A stretch of DNA of 55,108 bases, filler included, from Sphacelaria rigidula (GCA_964200075.2; 6 parts of 6 records of this genome joined end to end with filler, not necessarily neighbours in it); one strand, 5' to 3'. Numbered from the whole stretch's first letter, positions 23,503-35,872 are shown. Made by a program: numbers and translations. The notes: generated from the sequence alone by a model not told the origin.

Positions 23503-23505
23503 ATG
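23503..23505 (+). CDS. RPL7A: Probable ATG-only first coding exon of ribosomal protein L7a
   Basis: GCACCATG|gtgagc gives a Kozak-like context plus a strong donor. It is preceded by the pyrimidine tract CTTTTCCCC and is phase 0 with the next exon. Confidence 0.6.
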
Positions 23506-24706
23506 GTGAGCACCGATGTGATTCCTAACCTGCTGTAATGTTATTGTGCGAAGTGTTCGACGATAGGGGAGTGCAGCACTCTTGATGGCCTGCTGACACT
23601 TTGGTACCTTGACTGTTTGACCCGACCCTCCCCGTTGACTGGCTGTCACGTTCAGCTTCGGCTGCAAGCCCCCCCTCAGAACAACCTCTACTGATGATTG
23701 TGGCTGAGTACAGCTTCGACCCTCGGGAATCCGAGTGGCTTATGGTGTGGTTGCTCATGCCTTGTTATGGATGCCAGCTCAAATGCAAAGTGTGTGCATT
23801 GCCGTCGTTTTTCCTCAAGTCGTGGGTCCATGACAGCCACTGAAGACCTGAAGCAGCAGGCATAGCAGCAGTCACTTGACACATGGTGTGGTGCTCCGCA
23901 GTAACCCCTGCGTAAAGTATGACGTGAAGCTTGGTTAGTGGGCCCAGGGACGGAAGGGTCTGTTCCTGGATCTACGGAATTGACCTGGATCTACGGAATT
24001 GACAGCACGTGAAGTGGACGTGGACCTGCTACTGAGGTCCACGGTTGCCTGTAACTTGTCCTTCTTGCGCTGATGGATTGTAGGTGCACACGGTAGCAAG
24101 AGTACAGCACGAAAAGGATGGGACTCAAACTCGAGGTTCCCGCATCTTTCAACAGTCAGCATTGTACTCTTACTGTCGTCGACCATCCGGGGGCCCTCGA
24201 GTTTGAACCTCGACTATACTGTTGCCGGCACGGAGTGTGAAAGTCACTGTAGTGGTGACGGACTTCGAGAGATGCTCATGTTGAACTCTGCCTTTCTGGC
24301 ATCTACGGTTCTGTGCATGGATGTAGATATGAAACTCCTCCAGCTCTTGTGTCACATCATACCGGCCCTACAGCCTCGTGCGGTACAAAATACTCTCGGT
24401 AACTGGGTTGTACCGTACTGCAATCCAGAGAGTCATTACTTGGATGAGTTGGTCGTTGAACATATACGACGATGAAAATGGAAGGGTATCTGGGGCTAGA
24501 TGAGGCATATGAGCTTATGCAGACGGACATGACGGCCCAATGCTGATCGTTGAGGTGATGGGCACGTTATGCCGTCGTGGGCACGAACGAGTTGGTTTGG
24601 GTTGATCGGCAGCGTTCTCATGTCCCACGCTATTCTAAATGAACAACAAAATGATCCTGTTCGTAATGCATGCAACACCGTACTCGGCTTTTGGTGCGTT
24701 GCTCAG

Positions 24707-24817
24707 GGTGTCGCCAGGAAGCCGATCAAGAAGCAGGTGAAGTCCACCCCTAAAAAGGTGGCGGACCCCCTCTACCCCGCCAAGAAGAAGAACTTCCGCA
24801 TTGGCCGTGACATCCAG
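24707..24817 (+). CDS. RPL7A: 60S ribosomal protein L7a (eL8) exon
   Basis: ctcag|GGT...CAG|gtaccg. Translation GVARKPIKKQVKSTPKKVADPLYPAKKKNFRIGRDIQ. Confidence 0.9.
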
Positions 24818-26186
24818 GTACCGTGACTGCCCTCTCATTGTGCTGGCGTGGAACACATCAGGATACACGCAAATACACCCCCGAACGGAAGGCTCTTGTG
24901 CACATGGGAAATGGGTTTCTCTCCCCCCTCAAGACTCGTCATTGTGGTGGTCTGGTGAAGCGGAGCTCGCTTGTGTGCACAACTGCCTTCGCTGAGGAGG
25001 TGGTGTCGGCGTAACTTAGCGATTGGCTGATCGCAATGATATAAAACACTACGGCCCCCGGCAAGACGCGAAATCCTCTGCCTGTACCCTTTCCCTCTCC
25101 CCTTACCCGGCTCCCTTGTACCCGATCCATTCCCACTCATCATTTCGTGAACGTCGTGTCCACATCTCATTCAAGGTTTTCCATCTTTTTTGGTGTGAAC
25201 AGAGATGTGTGACTTGGTGTGCGGGTGAAAGTGGATGGACTAAGGTACTTGGTGAGCGGGTGTATGACGAGTAGTGGTTGCGGGTGCGGCAGCGATGTCC
25301 CCGGGTTACAATTTCAGTAGCGGCGATTTCCACCGCGCCGTGATGACATAAATTCTCGGTGTCTTAGCGCCATTCTTATCAGCCCGGGCGTGATGATGAA
25401 AATACGGACTTTGACTTCTCTCTATGAGTGAGGACAAAGGATATTATCAGCTTGAATGAAACGGCGAGTGTCGTTGACATGATCAGTTTGGCGATGAACA
25501 GCGAACTTGACGACTGAGGGCTTGAAAGTGACCTGGGTGAGTGCATGACGTCGAACCAATATCTAACCCCGCGAGATCATGGTTTCTGAATAATTGGCGA
25601 ATTCCTCTCCACGTCTCGCATCACACGCGGGCAGCACACGCAGTCATAACGGAATTATGCTGTTTGCCTCTAGGAGATATTTTGACCATTAAGGTTCGAG
25701 TTATGTCGCGTGTGGAGGCTTGTGATGGACTTTCGAGAGTAGCGGCGATGTAACTGATTTTTTGAACCTTCGCATCTGCCCCCTCACTGGAACCGGCGGC
25801 CGAAGAACAAATTGCCGTTTGTGCTAAGCGGACTTCAGATGGAGGTGCTGGGCATGACACCAGCGTGTATGCACCATGAGGATTGCTGATGCTGAAATGA
25901 ACACTGATCATGAACGGTCACCCGTACCCTCGTGCGCCCCGTCACTTGTCGTTCACGCTGAAGTAACATGTATGCCGTGGCTGTTAGAATATCAGCCCCG
26001 TGTACGCGCTGGCTATCAGTACTCACCCACATCCTCCACGAGTCTTGAATATGCAGCATAATTATTTGCGGCTCTTCCATCTCGTCCATGAAGCATGATG
26101 CCAAGCTGCTGTTTCACCTTGGGTGCGTTTGTTGATCGACCGCTACTTCCGTTACCCGTGGAACATCTGAAACCCCGTCTCAACAG

Positions 26187-26252
26187 CCGAAGGTGGACCT
26201 CTCCCGCTTCGTGAAGTGGCCTCGCTACATTCGCCTTCAGCGCCAGAAGAAG
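26187..26252 (+). CDS. RPL7A: 60S ribosomal protein L7a (eL8) exon
   Basis: aacag|CCG...AAG|gtacag. Translation PKVDLSRFVKWPRYIRLQRQKK, the eL8 hallmark. Confidence 0.95.
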
Positions 26253-26723
26253 GTACAGTTTACAATACAATCCATCTTGCCGAGTAAAGTTGGACTGTTT
26301 TTTGGGAAGGCCACGGGAGTTCAACGTCCACGTTTTTCACACATGAAAACACCAAGGAGCGACTCGGATAAAAGATAGTATACGCTTTTCGACGATCGTG
26401 ACTGTTGAGCTGTGCAGGCCCCAAACTGTAATATCTGGCGGTCACGGTCATTCTTGGAGTACCCGGTGCTGTCATTCGCGAAGGTGACTCGGGCTGTGTA
26501 TCAGACTGTGAGTGGGGCCCTGATCTAGGGGCCACACCACTACTAGTCAATGTGAAGGAAAACTGATATCTCGTCTTGTCACGCCGTTCGTACACGTTGT
26601 TCTGCACATGGCCTTTGATCTCTTGGTGAGATATTAGATTTGAATGTCTTGCGATGTTCGTTTGGTTTGAATGCCCACCCGATCAGACGCCCTTGATGAA
26701 AACCTTGTTTGCTGTTCTTGCAG

Positions 26724-26792
26724 ATTCTGGTGCAGCGCCTCAAGGTACCCCCGAGCATCAACCAATTCAGCAAGTGCCTTGACAAGAACCAG
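26724..26792 (+). CDS. RPL7A: 60S ribosomal protein L7a (eL8) exon
   Basis: ttgcag|ATT...CAG|gtaagt. Translation ILVQRLKVPPSINQFSKCLDKNQ. Confidence 0.95.
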
Positions 26793-26968
26793 GTAAGTTC
26801 ATTTGAATCTCGAGTTGGATGCTGGTACATATCGTCTTGTACTTTCTGCCGTACACCACTAGCCGTTTTGTACTTTCTGCCGGTCACCACTAGCGCTGGG
26901 TCTCTCGGACAAACGGAACCTTTCGAAAAAATTTGTCTTGGTTTCTGCCGAATATAATGGTGTAACAG

Positions 26969-27097
26969 GCCACCGAGCTGCTCAAGCTGTTGATGAAGTA
27001 CCAGCCGGAGGACAAGAAGGCGAAGCAGCTGCGCCTGAAGGAAATCGCCACCGCTAAGGAAGCTGGCAAGAGCCCTGCTCCCTCCAAGGCACCGAAG
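26969..27097 (+). CDS. RPL7A: 60S ribosomal protein L7a (eL8) exon (gene truncated by the contig end)
   Basis: taacag|GCC...AAG|gtctga. Translation ATELLKLLMKYQPEDKKAKQLRLKEIATAKEAGKSPAPSKAPK. Confidence 0.92.
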
Positions 27098-27438
27098 GTC
27101 TGAATTTTGGTTGTGCAGAGTTGATTTTTTCCTGACTCTGCGAAGCGGGGGCACCCTTTTCAAATGACCGCGATGAAGAAAGTGTGTCGGTGATCGTGTA
27201 AGCAGCGGATAGCGTGTGATTCACATAATCAGATATCGGGTAATTGGGGTGGAATCGTGTTGCGCATTCAACCGAGTTCGTTCCCTCCGGTACCTGCCAT
27301 CTCGGTTCACCCTTTTGATGGCCAGACCCGGTGTAGAACCATGAGCGGAGGAGGCACAACAAGTACGAATCATTACAGACCCATCAATCCTATTATCCAC
27401 GTGAGTCACTCGGTGCAAAATAGTACAGAGTACAGTAA

Positions 27439-27506
27439 GCCGGTCGCCCCGGTGGCTCAGTTGGTAACCTCGTAACCATCTGATGGTTGAGTTGGGGGGT
27501 TGGATT
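27439..27506 (+). mobile_element. tRNA-derived SINE head, truncated at the contig end
   Basis: GCCGGTCGCCCCGGTGGCTCAGTTGGTAACCTCG matches the element at 40-203. Confidence 0.65.
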
Positions 27507-28362
27507 NNNNNNNNNNNNNNNNNNNNNNNNNNNNNNNNNNNNNNNNNNNNTTAATTAATTAANNNNNNNNNNNNNNNNNNNNNNNNNNNNNNNNNNNNNN
27601 NNNNNNCCCTCTTTGTAACGACGAGTTGTCTTTAATTTTAGGGCGAGGGGTTGCCTGAACATGCCTCCCCCCCCCCCCCCCCCCTCCCTAGTCTTATGCC
27701 TGGTCTTACGACTATGGCATGCATGATCATGAGTATACCGTACACCCCTCCCCCCCTCCCTATCTTAGGACGACTTCCAATCCCTATCCCGCGAGCGGGT
27801 TCGTGTGACGATTACCCGGAGGCTCGGCAAGACCATCGTGTAGCTGTCATATGGGTTATGCGCCTCGAGCATGCGGAAAGCTTTGCTCAAGGCAGTGTGA
27901 GAGTTATTCCCCTGAAAACGCCCTGTCAATGTGGCGCAGGGTACGCGCCGCCGTACTCGTATGAGCTTCCGGCCGTAGAGGCGAAGCATTGTGCTCGTGT
28001 GTGGCGGCTACGTGGAGAAGTCGTCGTTCTACTCTCGCGTGTGCCTGGCTCTTAATACTGCGGGTTCGATACATTTCTGCCGAGTGTGCTATTCTGGCCT
28101 CCTTGGGATTCAAACCGCGGCTTTTTACGCCGCACTTCGACGCAGGTACTTACACAGGGCATGGAAACGGCGACTATTTTTTTTTTTAAGCGTTTGGAAT
28201 CTTCTCCCGGGGCAGATTTGTACATATGCACCAAGAGCAAGGAAAGACGTGTTCGCATGAGAATGGTTGAACGACAACAACAGACAGCTCGCGGTTGGTT
28301 GAACGGGGTTGACGGCATGTTTCCGAAGCTGCCTTTTTTGTTTTCTCCCCGTCATGCGTTAG

Positions 28363-28551
28363 GAGTACCTGAAACTATTCGAGTGTTACATCGACTTCCT
28401 CAACCTGGACGTGGAGCAATACATGGCATCGATGACCCACACCACCCCCGCACTCGCTGGCGATGATGACGGCGAAGACGACGAAGATGGAGGATTGGGA
28501 TTGCCCACGGTCGATCTGGTAGCTCTCGGAGCGGTTCTGCGTAAGCATCAG
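28363..28551 (+). CDS. Axonemal dynein heavy chain (inner-arm, DNAH1-like tail region) exon
   Basis: Polypyrimidine tract then ttag|GAG. Translation EYLKLFECYIDFLNLDVEQYM...LGAVLRKHQ. Donor at 28552, with an alternative at 28541. Confidence 0.6.
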
Positions 28552-28721
28552 GTCCGTGTTTCCAGATGTTTTCGATTCCCTCCTTGTGTTGGAAAAATGT
28601 CGTGATGTTTACGCTGCACCCACTTACAGCTTCAGATCGCAGCACTGACAAGTGACAAGACTTGCCGAGCGAGTGCGTATCTTTTGCACTCCTCGCGTTT
28701 CCATACCACCCTTGATTGATG

Positions 28722-29141
28722 TATTATCTCACATTCGCTGATTGCAACAATCCAGCCCGTGGTCAGGAGCAGCAAAGCAAAAACAGGAAAATAAAAAAGT
28801 TATAATAAGGAAAGGAACAGAAAAAGACAGAAGCAGCGACCTCAGAAAGGAAAGAAGAAAATGAGAAGCGATAACGACAAAAACAACATCACCAACAACC
28901 AACAACAACAAGAACAAATGACAACAACAAGAACAAACAACAACAGCAAGAACGACAAACACATATACAAAGCACAAACACAAACAACAAGATGATTATC
29001 TCGCATTTCGTAGCTGATTGCAACACTCCAGCTCGTGATCAGAAAAAAAGGAGAAAAATGAAAGAAAGTATTAAATAAAAGAACAGAACGTAAAGAAAGG
29101 AATACACTAGACAAGGAGACAGAGCCAGACTCGTTTCCGGC

Positions 29142-29191
<50 letters not shown>

Positions 29192-29420
29192 GGGGGGGGT
29201 GCACAGACAAAACAAAAACAGACAAGAAAACAAGAAACCATCAGGAGCAAAAGATGAACAAGTCAGAAATAGAAACAAAACACGATGCTCTACGTATCTG
29301 GCCGTTACGTATGCTCAGACGGCTGAGGCGGCTATTTGCAGAGACATTCCCGACGGACCCGTGGACTGCGGCCTATTCTCGGTGGATCCCTCCAGTATCA
29401 GGTATGATCTATCAAGTAAC
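28722..29420 (-). mobile_element. Decayed non-LTR retrotransposon 3' ends with simple repeats
   Basis: Two GACCACG(G)GCTGGA...TGTGAGATAAT-type 3' motifs at about 28722-28766 and 28993-29042, with T-rich low-complexity bodies and a (GGC)n tract at 29138-29190. Confidence 0.45.
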
Positions 29421-30078
29421 GAACGCAGGATTTGCCCCCCGTAAACTGCAGTGAGCACCGAAATGTTCGGGGTGTGTCGATTAGGAGTGCGAACGGTGCT
29501 CCGTCTCGAAAGGGATGCGTGGTCAAAAGATAATCAAACGACCAAGGCAAGCAACAAGTTAGTACGCCCCCCCACGAAGACCGCAGCCGAAGAGTAGCCA
29601 GTTTGGAATCGCCGATGAGAAGGGTTACGAAAACAAACAATATAGTACATCCGTATCTGCATACAATTCTACTTCCACTCATCATACAGATACTGTATGT
29701 ATAGCTCGTGGCCACTGACACGTTCGAGGGCCGGCAGTTTCTGAGGCCTGATTGCTCATGGAAGAGGACTAAGTCGACCGCGACTTAGAAGCAATCGCGA
29801 GTTTGACACTACAGACGTTTAGTCCACGTGTTAGGAGTTCGTGTGCCTGAGGTGCAGTCTAGTGAGCAAAACAAAGCCCAAGCGTTAATTCGTACCGTAT
29901 GAATCAGTTAAACGAAAAGCAAGTCATTTTCAGATGGATCATTATTCGCTCGATTCTCGGACAATTTCCGACTAAGGACAGGCAATTGCGAATCATCGAG
30001 GGGGGGGGGGGGTCTGGCATGATTCATTGCGGTGGTGGTTCCCCCCGATGACATTGCAAAGATGATATCATGACACGA

Positions 30079-30501
30079 AACACGGGATTTTACAAATTGG
30101 GGATGGATCTGTTATTTTGGATGAAAACCCGGAGAATTAAAATCTTTGTATCCACACCAATTCTTCGAAGTATGCTTCTATTTCTTCAATTGCTGGTAGC
30201 TATTGAAGGGTACTACACGCCATACAAATTTGGGTTTCGATAACCGAAATATCGGGGTCCCAGGTGAAAAATCAATTTTGGCGTCCGACCGGACACCTGA
30301 AATCCTCCCAAATCGATTTTTCACCTAGGACCCTGACATTTCGGTTATCGAAATCCAAATTTGTATGGCGTGTAGTGGTTATCAATAGCTACCAGCAAGT
30401 GCAGAAATGGAAGCATACTTCGAAGAATTGGTGTGGATACGAAGATTTCAATCTTCCGGGTTTTCATCCCCAATAGAAGATCCGTCCCCAATTTGCAAAA
30501 T
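30079..30501. mobile_element. MITE / foldback element, same family as 6392-6834
   Basis: Begins AACACGGGATTTTACAAATTGGGGATGGATC and has long complementary arms. Confidence 0.8.
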
Positions 30502-30653
30502 GACTTTCATTTGTTGTCATTGTCCAGAAGGGCGGGGACACTCCCTAAGAGGCAACTCGACAAAAGGGAGAAGACAGGGGGGAAATAATACTGAGAAAAA
30601 TGATGGAGCGAAGGAACTATACTGAGAAAAAGTGACGAAAAACACTGAGAAAT

Positions 30654-30997
30654 GACACTTTCTGCGATAGCCCCCTCCCCCCCCAAAAAACAAAAAAGGC
30701 TGGTTTAGGGATGCAAAGTCTAAATGAAGCAAACCGAGCACAGCGAGCAGCTGGGAATTCCCACGCTTGGGTTTGTTGTCGCCAAATGTCACCCGTATGA
30801 GGAGTTTCATGCAGCCTGAAACCAAACATTGGGCGCTGTATGACCATTTCTTCGTAACAGTTGTGGACTGCTTTTGTTTTGAGGGGGGGGGCGTACTCAT
30901 TTGTTGCTTGCCTTAGTCGTTTGACCATTGACCACGCATCCCTTTCGAGACGGAGCAGTTTTGTTTTGGGGGGGGGGGGGCTATCGTAGGAAGCGTC
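30654..30997. mobile_element. MITE with TIR GACACTTTCT(G/A)CGATAGCCCCC, carrying a nested 66-bp element
   Basis: TIRs at both ends. The homologous copy at 35611-35872 lacks the insert at 30892-30957. A partial reverse copy is at about 31430-31590. Confidence 0.7.
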
Positions 30998-31649
30998 TAG
31001 CGACGAAATTGAGAGTAAGAACGCGAAGAGTCTATCTCGATGAAAAGAGTAAGGAGGGTGGCAGCGGCAGAGGCAACAATAATAACAGCAGCAGCAACAA
31101 CAACAACAACAACAACAACAAGAAAAACGAATGAAAAGATGAAAAGCTGAAGCTACACAGGGTATGCACATGGACACAGCCGGGAACATCGCGAAGGTTG
31201 CAAGTCGAGGAGAGCAGTCAATGGCGGATAACACTAAGATACGAGTGGATCCGTTTTTGTTACCACCCCGGCCTCTCGTACTCATCCCTCCTTATTATCG
31301 GGTACAAAGAGAGTCACTCTCTCAGCCATCTCCATCCCGGATTCCTCTGGAGCTGTCGCTGTTCGTGATGTGTCAGCGATGACAGCTCTCCCGCTGGCAG
31401 CCATCAACGCATCAAACGTAATGCCGCGATGGCCCCCTCCCAAAACCAGCCCAGAAAATGTCACCAAGACAAGGGCCATACACCGGATGATAGCTGGTGT
31501 CAGACTGCATGAAGTCCCTCATGTGGGCGACACTGGAGAAAACGATCCGAATAGTGGAAGTTCCCAGTTGCTGCTCGGTGTGCTTGGCTTTTGCCGTTTT
31601 GATTAATATGTAGTTCTTGCCTCATCAAACCAGCCACTTTACTGGGAGG

Positions 31650-32260
31650 TGTTAAGACGGCATCGTTCTCTAATCTTTTTCTTGTAATATAGGCCCGATT
31701 TGTGTCGATCTTCGCGTCGCCACGCCTCCTGAAACTCCTCAATCCCTTCCTTCCTCGGGACTCGAGCCTGCTCCGGCGGAAACCCGGTGTGCTCCGTCCC
31801 GGCTTTGAAGGAATGCGAGGTCAATGGTCTTACGACTATGGCACGCAAGATCGCGAGTACGCCCTTTCTCGACCTGCAGATGCCACTTGCCCACGTTCTT
31901 CGCGGCCATGACTCCGTTTTGTGAGTCTTCGACCTCCATACCGTAGACGAACTTCTTCCTGCGTCCTTCCGTACGTGGGACAGCCCCCCTAGCGCACTCA
32001 AGGTCTCCTGAAGGCGATCCCTGCAGTGTTGGGAGGGCCGGATGTCGACCCTCCTTGGGCCCTCGTGCGGTCAACTGTCCGAACATGGGGCCCTTGGAAG
32101 GCGTATTTTGTTTCGTCAGACGAGGGATCCTGCGTACCAGAGTTGACGCTTGCGGATGTCGTCTTGATCCACCCACGGTTGGCCATACGGAGCCTAGCCC
32201 CGGTATGAAGGAGGCTTGCGTCCGGTGCGATCCTTCCCGCCAAAGATAACTGCTCGCAGT
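31650..32260 (-). mobile_element. Degenerate C-terminal region of an RTE-like LINE
   Basis: Frameshifted peptides MFGQLTARGPKEGR..., DLE..GAVP, MAAKNVGKWHLQVEKG resemble the post-RT C-terminus of algal LINEs (recognised from memory). Confidence 0.5.
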
Positions 32261-33409
32261 AAACGCTTGTGGCGGACAGTGCGGAGTTTTGCGAAGACCG
32301 CATGAATATTGTAGTCCTCGTCGCGGGCAAGAGCAATGCTACGATAGGGGTTGCACTTTTTGTTTCTGGGTCTCTTTTTTGTAGGAGGCCAAGCATATGG
32401 GGCTCACTGTGCAACCCAAATCTCCGGGGACCGAACATGGAGATGCACGCAGGGGCCTTTTCGTGAACTGGCATCATTTTCAGTCTTTTTCGAGTAAAGA
32501 TGATGTCGATTCTCTAAATTATCCGCCTAACACCCCGAGAAATGTTTTCGCTAAAACAGTGCAACCCCTATCGTAGCATCACTTACAAGGAAGTTGTTAT
32601 CCAATGACCGCGAGCGGATCGATTTTGTTTGCCGCGTGTTGAACCGACAAGTTTCTCTTGTGCTTCTTTCTTCTTGCGTTGTACGTCAGCTCGTCGTTGG
32701 AAAAGTCAGGTTGTCAGGATTGGAAGTCCAATGCACTCTTGCGCTCCCCCTGTATTACCACGTCGTGACGGCGGTCCGTATGACTCGTTTGTAGATGATA
32801 CTGATGACGGCGCCGTACAATTCTTGTAGTGCTTCTCTCCTTTCCGAAGGGGATTATACGGTGTTCGAACCATTTATGGAAAAAAGAAGAATCGCAACGT
32901 AGCAGGTACGTTTTCTTGCGGTTTGAGTGTTAGGTGCGGGCGCGGACAAGTCGATCAAGGCCGGGAACATTGATAGATTCATTGATTGATTGTCGCACTT
33001 TGAGTGATCCCTCAGGGATCTAGCCGTGGTCACATAATACACGTGCCCGAGACAAAGCAAAGCTGGATTACTTGAGCATGTTTAAGATCATACCACTGGC
33101 TACCTGCATGGGAGATCTATGATTTCTCGAGCATTGGTGTTGTACGTTAGCATACGTATCCTTCTCTTGCTCCCATATCCAGTGATACATCTCCCTATGG
33201 CGTTGTCTCCTCGAACCGTGAGTGAGTTCGCCAGCCTGTAGTCGTTTCAGGGAAAGTCAGACCAGCATGCATCGCGCTACGCTCCGTACCTTCGCCTTGC
33301 TATCACATCTGGATCCCTTAAACCACTTCGTGTGTTACAACTAACCAATGAATCGATGAAGTGATCGTTGAACCACTTAACCGACCCGCCAACCAACAAG
33401 CCCGAGATG

Positions 33410-33652
33410 AACGAGTGAGTGAGTGAGTGAGTGAGTGAGTGAGTGAGTGAATGAGTGAATGAGTGAATGGATGGATGAGTGAATGAATGAATGCATGCAT
33501 GTATGTATGTATGTATGTATGTATGTATGTATGTATGTATGTATGTATGTATTTATGTATGTATGTATGTATGTATGTATGTATGTATGTATGTATGAAT
33601 GAATGATGAATGGATGGATGGATGGATGGATGGATGAATCGATCGATAAATC

Positions 33653-33694
<42 letters not shown>

Positions 33695-33705
33695 CCAATG
33701 AATCA
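33410..33705. repeat. Compound tetranucleotide microsatellite (GAGT)n-(GAAT)n-(GTAT)n-(GGAT)n-(CAAT)n
   Basis: Directly visible. Confidence 0.95.
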
Positions 33706-33813
33706 ATTGCACGTATTGAGCGCTCAACTACGCCATGCTCTTCGAGAAACCAAAACTCTTATCTCGCGGTATGTCTCACATACGCTCGCTTCATCTATCG
33801 GCGATATTCGCAG

Positions 33814-33961
33814 AATGTACTTGATGACGAAGCACCGCGGCATAGCCGCGAGACTATTGAAGGAGCATGAACAGCACTGTGCTGCATTGGCGTCGGCCAG
33901 CATGGTGAAGTTCCAAGGTGTCCTGTCCTGGCTTCAACGAAAGCCCAAGAACATCGAGGAG
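33814..33961 (+). CDS. Axonemal dynein heavy chain exon
   Basis: ttcgcag|A...GAG|gtgatt. Translation MYLMTKHRGIAARLLKEHEQHCAALASASMVKFQGVLSWLQRKPKNIEE resembles the F..I...I..KP.SIEE segment of DNAH1-type tails. Confidence 0.68.
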
Positions 33962-35610
33962 GTGATTGTCCACACATCCACCGACCCTGAATCGACTCTG
34001 AGACCTTTTTGAACTGGTGGTGATTTTTCGCGTATTCGCTTGCAATACCAAAAGCGTGTAGGGACGGAGGGAGGGGTAGAATGTCGAAGATAGACTATCG
34101 TAAACGTGGATGCAAGCAGGCGGATATATCATTGAACAAAACAATGTTTTCGTTAGATTGAAAATAGAGCGTTGATTGAGAGTGTTTTTTATCATTCGCT
34201 TTAAGACCAATTTTCTTATTTTCTGTGTGCTTTTCTTTGCCTGTAACACTGGCGTTTGCTCACAGCTACACATCAATTTCCTACTGAGGGATATCAAGGG
34301 CTTCAGCAGCAAGAAACTGCAGAAAACATATCGGGCCTCATGGAGGGGCATTTCGGAACTGAAACAATTTTTTATTCAGTAGTTAACCGCTTTCACTCTC
34401 AATCGTATCCTCTACTCTCAATATCACGAAAACGCTATATTTTAAGCACAATAGTTTAGTCTGCTGCGTTTGTCTGTTCTATCTTTTCGTATTCCTTCAA
34501 TTTTCTTCACGAGTGTGTCGCTCTTGTTTCGTCTCGGGTACGTATATCATCTGGATAATGACCATGACTGGATGTCTGGGAGATCGGCTAAAAGTGCGAC
34601 AGTCAACAAATCCATCAATCGATATCAAAACTGTGTACAGCAGTAGTATTAGACGGTTTGAATACTTCTGATATGATAGCATTGCGAAAATATTCATGCT
34701 GCTGCGAGGGGTGGTATACCTTCCACTTGGGGCACCACATCCAAATGTTTTCCCGTAAGCCCTACTTTGGCCAAGGGGTGAGGGGGGTACTCTAGACCCA
34801 GGTGAGTCAGCTGCAAGGCGTGGTCAGCCTTCTTAAATTTAATCTGGCCCACGTCTTGAAAAATATGTTTTTGAAGCCGGAGCAAGGATTTGCACTGCTT
34901 TCGAGGTTTTGGTACGAGTTGGCTACGAGTCCGAAAGATCGGACTTATGTGGTGATAAAATTAACGCCCGTGAGGCGGCTGACTTTTCAAGTTTGCTGGA
35001 GACCGCGCCGCACCCAAAGGGTGTGTGTGGGAATCGTTTACCTCACCTTCCCGGTTGTTTGTGTGCGGTGGGAAACTTCTGCAGCTAATGATCGGCTTGC
35101 AGAGGCCTTCAAATCGCTTCAATAGTGCTCCTTTTTACAATTTATAAAAAACTGTCTGTAAGGCTGAAACATGGGGGGAAAGGGGGGAGGAGGGCAGGAG
35201 GCTTACTCATTTGTTGCTCACCTTAGTCGTTTCACCATTGATCATCCATGTCTTTCGAGACGGAGCACCGTTCCTACTCCCAATAGAGACACCCCAACAC
35301 TTGGGCGCTCATTACGTTTCTTCCATACATTACACAAAAACCTTTTACAGTACATTACCTTATCCCCTCACTGGGGGGAAGGAGGGCGGGGGGGGTGCCT
35401 GGACGAAGATATGGCGCCCCTCGAGTGGTGTATCTTCTTCAACAGTTCTTGATCCTGAAATTAAGAGGAACCATCCGATGCAGATATCATCAGCGTGTGT
35501 GAATTCGAAAAAATCCGAAAGGATGCGGATCGGTGAATTCGCAAACAACCCATATGAAGACACAAGTGTGACCAGAGTCTTAAATCTGTTACAGAATATT
35601 TTTCATACAT

Positions 35611-35872
35611 GACACTTTGTACGATAGCCCCCCTCCCCCCCCCCAATAAATTGCCTGGTTTGGGGAGGCAACAGATTCACGTATATTGAAGTGGAAAAAG
35701 CCGAGCACAACGAGCAGCTGAGAATTCCCACGCTTAGTTTCGTTCTCGCCAATGCCAAGGCTCCCATGTGAGGCGCTTCATGCAGGCCGAGCCCAAACAT
35801 CGGGCGCTGTATGGCCACTCTTTTCGGGACACTCCTGAGCTGGTTTTGGGAAGGGCTATCGTAGAAAAAGTC
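35611..35872. mobile_element. MITE, empty-site copy of 30654-30997
   Basis: GACACTTTGTACGATAGCCCCC ... GGGCTATCGTAGAAAAAGTC with a colinear internal sequence. Confidence 0.7.

Noticed and set aside
23966..24003. Perfect 19-bp tandem duplication in RPL7A intron 1
   Set aside because: Only two units, consistent with an ordinary local duplication.
28729..29454. ORFs with poly-Ala, poly-Pro or hydrophobic runs
   Set aside because: They are translations of microsatellite and low-complexity DNA. The same applies to ORFs at 30617, 33318-33658, 35875-36406, 39596-40062 and 48106-48393.
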